From Octopus sinensis (taxonomy: Eukaryota), in contig NW_021825594.1 in the NCBI RefSeq assembly GCF_006345805.1, positions 1 to 14,931 of the forward strand: DNA of 14,931 bases. The letters are read 5' to 3'. This document shows positions 1-9,073 of the stretch, piece by piece. Below the pieces are notes generated by a model. It worked only from the letters and a program-made list of their open reading frames with translations. It ran no database searches and was not told the origin of the DNA. A program made the translations under genes and the position numbers. The first letter of the stretch is position 1; every line of letters begins with the position of its first letter.

Positions 1-243
1 GCAATGCAAAATGGACGATAAACTATTGAAGCTAGCGAAAATGTTAGTGTATTTATGGCATGTTATTCTATTCCACTGTTCAAGTACTTCGGGACTGAAA
101 TTCGTTTCTATCAATCTATGCAGTCAACACATACGCACTATGCTTAAACATTCATTATATACATAGACACAATGCTAAGATACATCTACATAATCATTAT
201 ACAGGCAACATAGACATAATTTTACCTACTTAAAAGTCTAATT

Positions 244-675
244 GTGGTTCTCAACCACATGGTTCTGGGTTCAGTCCCACTTCGTGGTACCTTGGCCATG
301 TTTTTTTTTTTTACTATAGTCTCCAGCAGACCAAAGCCTTGTAAATGGATTTGGTCGACGGCAGCTGAAAGAAACGCGTCTTATGTATGTATGTATGTAT
401 GTATGTATGTATGTATGTATGTATGTATGTATGTATGTATTATGCATGTGTGTGTGTCTTTATGTCCATGTTAGCTCGCTACAACCGCTTGATAACCGGT
501 ATTGGCGTTTTTATGTCCCGGCAACTTAGCGGTTCGGCAAAAGAAACTGATAGAATAAGTAACAAGCTTAAAAAAAGTAAGTACTGGGATCAATCCATTC
601 GACTAAAAGGTGATGCCCCAGCACGGCCGCAGCCAAATAAATAAAAAGATAAATAAAGAAAAGATAAAAAGTAGA
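244..675 (+). mobile_element. tRNA-derived SINE, family A (octopus-type), 5'-clipped, with internal (TATG)n and A-rich tail
   Basis: B-box-like GGGTTCAGTCCC at 267-278. Colinear reverse-complement homology to 2131-2495 and 10873-11310 (aaccacatggttc.gggttcagtcccac; cttagcggttcgg; gcacggccgcagccaaat). A-rich 3' end at 636-675. Confidence 0.9.
382..440. repeat. (TATG)n microsatellite inside the SINE A body
   Basis: About 14 perfect TATG units. It explains the MYVC/CMYV ORFs. Confidence 0.97.
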
Positions 676-1147
676 AGATATATGTGTGTGTGTATGTGTG
701 CGTGTATGTATATATGTGTAATGTGTGTGTGTATGTGTGTGTGTGTTATACATCAAATTCTCTATAGTAATGTAACAATCACTCCAGACCCTTTATCCTC
801 TTCCCAGCTCCCCACCCACACAAACTCACACACATACAGATCCTATGTCCACATCTGTTTGGCCATTTCCTAATTATCTTCGACACAGTTCGTATTCTAA
901 TTTTTCTTCATCTCTTTGATTTTTCTTCATCTTAATCTTAACAAAGATCTTCACATTTAAAACATTGAAACTCTTCGCTTTTTCTTCTCAGCCAAATAAC
1001 TAACTTTAAAAACTCATTTTCTTCTGATATATCTTTATCAAAACACAGTCTGCAGGCCGCAGCTTACTGTCTAACCAAACAACATCTTTACACTGCGGTA
1101 ATTAAACCTGTCATCATCTATACACCAAACCTTCCTATCGAGTCCAC

Positions 1148-1190
<43 letters not shown>

Positions 1191-1191
<1 letters not shown>

Positions 1192-1272
1192 TAGCAAAAA
1201 CTGTCTGATGAACGGCAACGAGAAACTCAGAGTAACAGATTTTGTTGAATTTTCTGCTGCTTAAAATAAAGT
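1191..1272 (+). mobile_element. Probable terminal (pseudo-LTR) remnant of a Penelope-like element or retrozyme
   Basis: Hammerhead followed by AATAAA at 1265-1270, flanked by (TA)n on both sides. No RT or GIY-YIG coding remnant was recognised nearby, so the assignment is inferred from hammerhead type only. Confidence 0.4.
1195..1246 (+). ncRNA. Minimal type I hammerhead ribozyme motif (Penelope-like/retrozyme architecture), possibly partly crippled
   Basis: Stem I 1195-1204 (CAAAAACTGT) pairs with 1235-1244 (ACAGATTTTG), 9/10 pairs. Core CTGATGA 1205-1211. Stem II a-CG-GCAA-CG-a 1212-1221. GAAA 1222-1225. Stem III ACT-cag-AGT 1225-1233. GUA cleavage triplet 1232-1234. Position 10.1/11.1 is A/A instead of the usual G-C. 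Confidence 0.75.
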
Positions 1273-1294
1273 ATATGTATATATATATATCGTC

Positions 1295-1610
1295 GTGGCA
1301 ATCCGTCGGTTGCGACGATGAGGGTTCCAGCTGATCCTATCAACGAAATAGACTGCACGTGAAATTGACGTGCAAGTGTCTTAGCACTCCACAGACACGG
1401 GTACCCTTAACGTAGTTCTCGGGGAGATTCAGGGTGACACAGAGTGTGACAAGGCTGGCCCCTTTGAAATACAGGTAGAACAGCAACAAAAGGAAAGAGT
1501 GAAAGAAAGGTGTGGTAAAAGAGTATAGAACGCCCCCCCCCGCTGGAGGCTCGTGGAGCTTTAAGGGCCTTCGTTCAATAAATTCTCACAACACCCGGTC
1601 AGGGAATCGA
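1295..1610 (-). mobile_element. tRNA-derived SINE, family C (octopus-type), tRNA head truncated at the B-box
   Basis: The minus strand starts TCGATTCCCTGACCGGG (B-box/T-arm remnant). The body (gagggttcc..., cccttaacgtagttctcggggagattcag, gacaaggctggcccctttgaaatacagg) matches an abundant Octopus SINE as I recall it; not database-checked. Confidence 0.75.
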
Positions 1611-1624
1611 TCCCAGTACTTATT

Positions 1625-1702
1625 TTTGGCTTACTATTTGTCAATATTGATCATTGATCTGACATTGAACAAGAGTATGGTAGTGTTATTATGGGTGAGT
1701 GT
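1625..1702 (+). repeat. Local duplication block A, copy 1 (partner 4804-4881)
   Basis: 73/78 identical by manual alignment, with a 47-nt perfect core (1636-1682 = 4815-4861). Confidence 0.95.
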
Positions 1703-1770
1703 ATATACATAGATGCATACAAGCATATACACACTCACTCACTCACATATATATATATATATATACTATG

Positions 1771-1872
1771 CCTGTATACCTGTATACATATGAAAACTGG
1801 AGTATCAACATATAGACACACGCACGCACACACACACAGATATATACTTTCATGAATGTGTCTGTGAGTGTC

Positions 1873-1878
<6 letters not shown>
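1771..1878 (+). repeat. Local duplication block B, copy 1 (partner 6004-6110)
   Basis: 1771-1818 vs 6004-6051 is 45/48 identical. Both copies continue with atatatactttcatgaatgtgt and ctctgtat. Confidence 0.93.
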
Positions 1879-1920
<42 letters not shown>

Positions 1921-2130
1921 TGACTTAGAAGACCTCTCTAGATGGTGCTTTTGAGTTAGTCATGGCCTGGTCCGATAACCGCCCAAGCCAACCTATCTCT
2001 TTCTCTCTCTCTCTCTCTACACACCACACAGACAATATATATATATATATATACACATATACATATACATATATATATATATAAATATATATATATGTAC
2101 ATATACATACATATATATATATATATATAT

Positions 2131-2495
2131 ATTTGACTGCGGCCACACTGGAGCACCGCCTTTAGTTGAACGAATCGATACCAGGACATATTCTCTGTAA
2201 GCCTAGTACTTATATTATCGGTCTCTTAGACCGAAGCGCTAAGTTACGAGTACGTAAACACACTAACATCGGTTGTCAAGCGATGGTGGTGGTGGTGGAA
2301 CAAACACACACAAAAATATATACACGCATATATGTATACGATGGGCTTCTTTCAGTCTTCGTCTACCAAATTCTCTGACAAGGTATTGGTCGGCCCGAGG
2401 CTATAGTAGGAGACACTTGCCCAAGGTTCCACGCAGTGGGACTGAACCCAGAACCATGTGGTTGGGAAGCAAGCTTCTTACCTTACAGCCACTGC
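2131..2495 (-). mobile_element. tRNA-derived SINE, family A, near full length
   Basis: Reverse complement of 244-640 (atttgactgcggccacactggagcaccgcc ... gtgggactgaacccagaaccatgtggttg). The tRNA-like head is at the right end. Confidence 0.92.
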
Positions 2496-2502
2496 TATAT
2501 AT

Positions 2503-2600
2503 GTTTAGGGTATTGCACTCAAGATCTCCAGATCGCGTGTTCGATCCTCGCTCCGAGTGGCGCGCTGCGTTTTTAAGCAACACACTTTATTTCACATTCC
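2503..2600 (+). mobile_element. tRNA-like SINE head fragment, family D
   Basis: gtttagggtattgcactc (A-box-like) and GTTCGATCC B-box at 2539-2547. It is followed by gcaacacactttatttcac and has no CCA end or complete cloverleaf, so it is not a tRNA gene. Confidence 0.6.
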
Positions 2601-2617
2601 TTTGCGGGTGGGAGAGT

Positions 2618-2696
2618 GGAGGAATTGTTGGTGTGTCGGCAGAAATGCTTTACGGTATATCTTCCTTCTCTCTACGTTCTGAGTTCAAATCCCACC
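2618..2696 (+). mobile_element. Head fragment of SINE family B
   Basis: gaaatgctttacggtat...tacgttctgagttcaaatcccac aligns with 11513-11560 and 14107-14160. Confidence 0.75.
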
Positions 2697-2698
2697 TT

Positions 2699-2925
2699 CC
2701 TGGAGAAGGCAACGGGAAACCACTCCAGTGTTTATCTCAAGTCTCGTCATAGATGACCATGGTTCCAGTAATTTACTTAACGGTGGCAGCGGAAGGTATG
2801 GACCCTTCCTGGTTCTATAGAGTGTGCTGGAGAAGGTTCACTTGCACACAACCTGCCCAAGGGCAGGCTACCGCTACAATAGGTGTATATCCGTATCCAA
2901 ACGGCATGAAACCGGAGTGTCTAAT
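2699..2925 (+). mobile_element. RTE/BovB-clade LINE 5'UTR-like remnant
   Basis: CCTGGAGAAGGCAACGGGAAACCACTCCAGTGTT (2699-2732) matches the Bov-A/BovB motif as I recall it at 29/34. The downstream unique sequence contains a perfect hairpin CCTGCCC-AA-GGGCAGG (2852-2867). The 3' boundary is uncertain. Confidence 0.5.
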
Positions 2926-3198
2926 CATTCAAACGTTATATACATCGTCTGTCTATATATTTAATCACCCTCTACACCCCGTGTTTGTTTATCAAATCAC
3001 CATCTACACACTGAACTACTTAACATCAAGTTATCGTCTGTTTATCCAGTTAAGATTTAGAGAATGTGTTTACCTGTTCATACAACGTCAACACGTTGTA
3101 TGCACCCATCCGGCCAACATCTTCACAGTATGCCTGTTAATATCCACACACTGTGCGTATCTTACCAGTCAACACCTCTGGACTCTCTCTCTCTGTCC

Positions 3199-3323
<125 letters not shown>

Positions 3324-3669
3324 CACACTGAATTATTCTATAGAATTATATACACAAACTATGTCCATCTGTTTGTTGTCCAGTAATTCCACAACTATAA
3401 TAAAAATCCTGTGTCTCAATTAGACCCACACTTGTCAGTTTCTTTGGAAGGGGTCAGCACACCCACACCCATGTGACAGTCCCTTTTTTTGTTGTGTCTC
3501 CACTTCTGTGTGTTTTCTTATATTTAAACAATTTCTCTCGACAAATCTGCATCCAATTTATTCCAGTTTTCCAAACAGAACAGCGTCCAATGTTTTTGGT
3601 CGAGAGTGAGAGAGAAGATGAGGGGTAAGAGGCTGTGGAGAGACTATATGCATAATTACATACGTTTGT

Positions 3670-3731
3670 TTGTTTGTGTGTGTGTGTGTATGTGTGTGTG
3701 TGTGTGTGAGTGTGTGTGTGTGTGCGTGCAG

Positions 3732-3773
<42 letters not shown>
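3670..3773. repeat. Compound (TG)n + (CT)n microsatellite
   Basis: Directly visible. Confidence 0.95.
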
Positions 3774-3775
<2 letters not shown>

Positions 3776-4097
3776 GCGTCTGTCTCATCCTTCACCTTCC
3801 ATATCTGTCAGTGACCCGGATGACGCCACAAACTTTTCCCGGTTCCTTTGTCCCTGGAAATCTTCACAAACAAAAACAAAACAAAAAGAAAATGAATTAA
3901 AAAAATTGAAATAAAGAATATCTAGAGACACCCCCAATCCCCACCCCTCGGGAAAAAACCCCAAAGCAAAAACAACTCACCACACCTATGTGGAAAAAAC
4001 AATTCTGCAGGAACACACAACAAGCACTTGTTGCTGTTGCTGTTGTTGTTGTTGCTCTTACTGTCTACTCCTCCTTACACTCACAATATCACGACTT

Positions 4098-4146
<49 letters not shown>

Positions 4147-4518
4147 TTATACTCCCACTTCAGGCAATGGTTTCCCTGCAAAAACTCTACATTTAGTCTC
4201 ACTCTCTCTCACTCTCTGTATTCCTTTCTCTTTCCTTTCTCACCATTTCTCTCCCTCCCCCCCCATCTTTGCTTACCTCTTTCTACTCCTCCTTTCTTCC
4301 TCACCCTACACCCTTCCTCCCTCCCCACCTTTCTTGCCATTATACGTCTGTCTCTAGAAATACTCGTGTGCGCAACATTTGTTCCTCACTCGCAATAAAC
4401 ACATACACACACAGCCTCACGGTTACACAAATACTCACACATACACGCACACACACACACGTACACACACGCATACAGACGCATATATACACAAATACAC
4501 ACGCACGCACACACACAC

Positions 4519-4576
<58 letters not shown>

Positions 4577-4650
4577 ATATAGATATAATATATAAATATA
4601 TTTATATATGTTATATATATATATATATTTATGAATATATATATATATGT

Positions 4651-4690
<40 letters not shown>

Positions 4691-4803
4691 TATATATATT
4701 CATAAATATATATATATATATTAAACATATAAATATGTATATATATATATACACCCACGCTTCTAATTGGTAGCAAATATATAGACGCACACCTAGATTC
4801 GAG

Positions 4804-4881
4804 TTTGGCTTACCATTTGTCAATATTGATCATTGATCTGACATTGAACAAGAGTATGGTACTGTTATTGTGGATGGGTGT
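4804..4881 (+). repeat. Local duplication block A, copy 2
   Basis: 73/78 identical to 1625-1702. Confidence 0.95.
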
Positions 4882-4999
4882 AATATACATACATACATCT
4901 ATAAATGTATGTATACATATATATATATACATACATGTATCTATATACATGTATATATACATACATACATATATATGCTTATACATATATATATATATG

Positions 5000-5052
<53 letters not shown>

Positions 5053-5194
5053 GCGTGCGGGGCAACGCATATGTTATGAAATTGTGTCTGCGTGAAATAC
5101 GGTATATTAATGCGCACGTGCGCATGTATTTATATACCCATATGTATAATACCCGGTCACACATAAGCATACAATAAGAGACATACACAATACA

Positions 5195-5245
<51 letters not shown>

Positions 5246-5439
5246 TATTGAATGTAATATGTATACAGAGTACACAGACACACACAACACACACATACAC
5301 ACACGCGCGCGTACACACACATATTGAGTCAGACAGACAGGCATATCTATGTTTATATATATCTATATTTATGTGTGTATATATTTGTATGTTTGTGTTT
5401 CTGTGTGTGTATGTGTGTGTGTATGTGTGTGTGTGTGCG

Positions 5440-5487
<48 letters not shown>

Positions 5488-5870
5488 TGTGTTTCATTCA
5501 GACAGGCCATTGTCTATCAACCCACAACTTTTTGTGTCGAAACGGACTAACACCCCTACACGCACTCATACTTAGACACACACACACACACACACACACA
5601 CATGCAGAAAGAGATAGAGAGAGTAAGAGAGATAGAGGAAGAGAGAGACGTAGGGAGTGCCCGCGAGATATACATAGGTGTATGTGTATACACACAAACA
5701 CACACCCATGCGTATAGGTGGATGCTTATACGTTTGAATACAGCACAAATATATCATTATTGCGTATGTTCATAAAATGTATATACGATGCAGTTATGAA
5801 TGTGTATCTATACAAACACATATACATGCAGATATCCAAATAGTGATATGCATACGTATATATATATATA

Positions 5871-5915
<45 letters not shown>

Positions 5916-5936
5916 GTGATATGTATTATGTGTATT

Positions 5937-5992
<56 letters not shown>

Positions 5993-6003
5993 GTATATAT
6001 AGA

Positions 6004-6110
6004 CCTGTATACCTTTATACACATGAAAACTGAAGTATCAACATATAGACAACACGCACATACACACAAACACCATATATACTTTCATGAATGTGTGTGG
6101 TTCTCTGTAT
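6004..6110 (+). repeat. Local duplication block B, copy 2
   Basis: 45/48 identical to 1771-1818, with further colinear matches. Confidence 0.93.
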
Positions 6111-6180
6111 GTATAGGTATATATATATATATATACATATATGTATAGGTATATATATATATATATATACATATATGTAT

Positions 6181-6251
<71 letters not shown>

Positions 6252-6407
6252 GAGTGTGTATGTGTGTGTGAGGGAGAGACAGAGGTGGGGGGAGATAGAG
6301 GGAGAAACGCATCCACCCACTAACAGTGTAGACGCTGTACATCTGAGATGGCAGAGTTCAAAGGTGAAACTGATATAGTGATTTCTAAAAACATTACTAT
6401 GTCTTAA

Positions 6408-6657
6408 GTGATATCGACTTTTGGTTTGTTATTATCGATTAGCATTTCGCGACATCACCAATTCTATCCTGGCCGCCCTCCTACACACTCCATAACTCGG
6501 CTGCAAGAAATATTAACCCGCGGGGTAAATATAACTCAAAAACTCTGGGATGTTTCAATTTTTTTTGTTCAACTTTTCTGTTTAAAAAATGCGAAATAAA
6601 TAAGAAAAATAAAAGTAAACATCGTAGAGACAAAAATAAGTAAAAGTCGATAGTCAC
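6408..6657. mobile_element. Candidate decayed MITE (imperfect terminal inverted repeats)
   Basis: GTGATATCGACTTTT (6408-6422) vs AAAAGTCGATAGTCAC (6642-6657), identical apart from one indel. Inner ATTTCGC (6444-6450) vs GCGAAAT (6591-6597). No target-site duplication seen. Confidence 0.35.
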
Positions 6658-6750
6658 GTGATTTTGAAAATTTCGGTGTTCGGCGAACATTTGTGATGTG
6701 TGCGGGGATATTATAATATTGTTCGCCATATTTTATAGGTTTTGTTGTGC

Positions 6751-6903
6751 TCTTTTTAGTTCTTATTTGTTTGAATCATTGGGGTACGGCCATGCTGAAG
6801 CACTGGTTGTTATTCTATCTGTGTCCTCTTCCCAAATTGTTAAGTTACGGAGATGTAATCAAAGTAACACCGTTTCTCAGGCGGTGGTACGATCAAACAA
6901 ATA
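6751..6903 (-). mobile_element. Old, internally deleted 3' part of SINE family A
   Basis: cggccatgctgaagcac, ttattctatc, taagttacggagatgtaatc and caaacaaa align with 10873-11090 and 2131-2310. Confidence 0.7.
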
Positions 6904-7232
6904 CTTATACACACACACACACACATACATACGTAATGCATAAATACACACATACAGGTTTATACCTGTAATTATTGGGGCCCTGCGACATGTAACACAC
7001 TGCCTAACTACCAATCTTGAGAAATTAAGCTTCTGAAAACCAGAACTGGAACTGGAACTGTAATAACCTGTAAAACTTTCCAAAAGTTTATCATTTAAGT
7101 ATATATGAGCATGTCTAGATATGCAACTATATGCATGAGAAGACATACATAAAGCAAAACATACAAATCTTCCCATATATATACATACATACATAAATGC
7201 AGAGACATGCATTAAAGTCCATTTATATTATG

Positions 7233-7265
<33 letters not shown>

Positions 7266-7266
7266 C

Positions 7267-7301
<35 letters not shown>

Positions 7302-7489
7302 TGTATTTATATATATATATATATATGCTTAAACGTATACATATATGCAGATACCAACATATATGGTAGTATATATACGAGGTGAGAGAGATAAAACTAG
7401 AGAGGAGAGAGAGGGGAAGATGGAGAAGGAGAGATAGGGAAGGGAGGGAGAGATCGGGAGAGAAAGCTGATAAAGAGGACTGCAAGAAA

Positions 7490-8869
7490 ACCTCACCGAA
7501 GGGCCAGTCATTAAGTTGAGAGTATGAATAAAGGAGCTAACTGTAAGGAAGGGCACTATTTCGTTTGGGATGGTCACATTGATGTTGAAAATGTTTGGCT
7601 TGGTAAACCATATAATAACCAAACCGATAAAACACGAGTGAAGGATCGTCGATGCTTGGTTCTGAATTAGCAACTACGAGAAATGAAGAGGGTTAAGGGA
7701 AACGAAATTTCAGAAGGATCAAGTTGATGGAGCAGGATATAAAAGTTAGGGAAAAATTTATAAAGTCACCCATTAACCGGGGAAATAACTGAGATGATAT
7801 GCAGTTAGTGTTTGTACGAAAAAGGGTCTAGTTTTGACGCTGTTATCTTCCCAGTGACACCAACGAAGGGGAAGTCCTTGGCGAGAAGTAAGCGTTTGTA
7901 GGTCGCAGTTGTAAACAAGGTCTTTGACGAGTTAACTCGCTCTTAAATATGCTGGTTACAATAGAAACTATCAGTTAATGAATGGCTGCAGGCGTGGGAG
8001 ACTTACAAGACGTACAGAATGATGGAGTCAGCAAATTGACAAATAGCAACAAAAAATTTGTGATGAATGTTTAGTGGATATAAGTATACTTCACGGTTCA
8101 ATCTTCGTACTTCTTCCGTTTATCATTGTTCTCCAGGGCATTGATGAAAAATTTGAAACCAATTATACGTGAAAGCTCCAGTAATTTGGTGGCTTTTCAA
8201 GAACAAAAAAAATCTAGACATATTATGAAAACGTGTAATCAAGCGGCATTGGGGTATAAAGCAACGAGTAACAGATTAGTAAGAAGAAGAAAGAATGGCA
8301 GATCTCTGCTACCAACAAGGAGATGGCCATATATGATATATGGAAAAGGTGGTTGTAGGAATTCTTTAAGATACATTCATTGCAAATAATGAATGCAAAA
8401 GTGTTGTAGGGGTATCATAGGTAGGTAAACACATAAGGTAGACCTCATTAGCAGTAAGTACACAGGGAACAGGTACGAAGAGCAGACATGAAAGAAGATC
8501 TTTTCAAATGCCTGCAGCTGATAACCTTTGGATAGCAAAAGTAAGAACTGGATGGAAAATATGTTCAGAGAGTTTTTAACGTTCTGGGTTAACAAAAGCT
8601 TTTTATCTGGGAGTAAAGGGCAGATGGCTGTGTACGGAAGGCGATTTTTGAGGAAGAGGAAACGTGGACCTTGAATGGCGGGAATTGACGCAGAATAGAA
8701 AGAAGTGAAGATAGTTGGTTCTGTGAGATTCGTAATGTTTGCATGCACGAACGACCTGGCACAACTTTTAAGGAAGGACAGTAAAAGGCCGGATAAAAAC
8801 TGACTCGCATCGTGACGACCCGTTTAGACCTTACCATGTTGAGATGATGATGATGATGATGATGATGAT
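7490..8869 (+). pseudogene. Fossil RTE-clade LINE: 5'-truncated reverse-transcriptase region with stops, frameshifts and deletions, plus (GAT)9 tail
   Basis: Colinear decayed RTE ORF2 motifs, with the typical motif in brackets: RIKLMEQ 7715 (RGIKLLDQ); DDMQLVFV 7793 (DEMQFGFV); KRL*VAVVNKVFD...EWL 7890-7988 (KPLYLAFVDMEKAFD...EWL); FIIVLQGIDEKFET 8119 (FIIVLQAITEEFKT); RWPYMIYGKGGCRNSLRYIHCK 8321 (WPCSICRKGVGRNSIRCTQCK); IAKVRTGWK 8532; ETWTLN 8659. The YADD motif is lost. Tail (GAT)9 at 8843-8869. Confidence 0.85.
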
Positions 8870-8885
8870 TGTGAAGATTGTACAA

Positions 8886-9038
8886 TATATATATCTATAT
8901 ATATATATATATATATATATGATGTATGTGTATATATGTATATGTATTCCTTTCTCCCTCTCTATGTATTTATCTATCTAACATATGTGTGTGCGTGTGT
9001 GTGTATATATACATACTTATATATATATATATATATGC

Positions 9039-9073
<35 letters not shown>

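Larger units (their letters stand above)
4519..6243. repeat. Compound microsatellite array: (ATCT)n, (TA)n, (CATA)n, (TG)n, (CA)n, with short unique islands
   Basis: Directly visible. It contains duplication copies A2 and B2. Confidence 0.9.

Noticed and set aside
2503-2600. Possible tRNA gene
   Set aside because: A B-box is present but there is no complete cloverleaf or acceptor stem; better explained as a SINE head.
2273-2752. 159-aa ORF, and the related MVLNHMVLGSVPLRGTL ORFs at 244, 2401 and 11048
   Set aside because: Read-through of SINE A/D/B sequence; the recurring peptide simply reflects repeat copies.
3975-4060. Minus-strand GTGAGT donor that might mark a first exon
   Set aside because: A single splice motif with no supporting ORF, acceptor or promoter evidence.
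5047-5125. 10-bp hairpin (5047-5074) and 16-bp palindrome ATGCGCACGTGCGCAT (5110-5125); considered as a Helitron 3' end
   Set aside because: No CTRR terminus follows, and palindromes arise easily in alternating purine-pyrimidine sequence.
8126-8389. 87-aa ORF on the + strand
   Set aside because: A chance open stretch inside the RTE pseudogene; only its C-terminal part is in the ancestral RT frame.
8589-8885. Minus-strand ORF with a poly-His run that looks like a His-tag
   Set aside because: It is the antisense of the RTE fossil and its (GAT)9 tail, not a vector tag.
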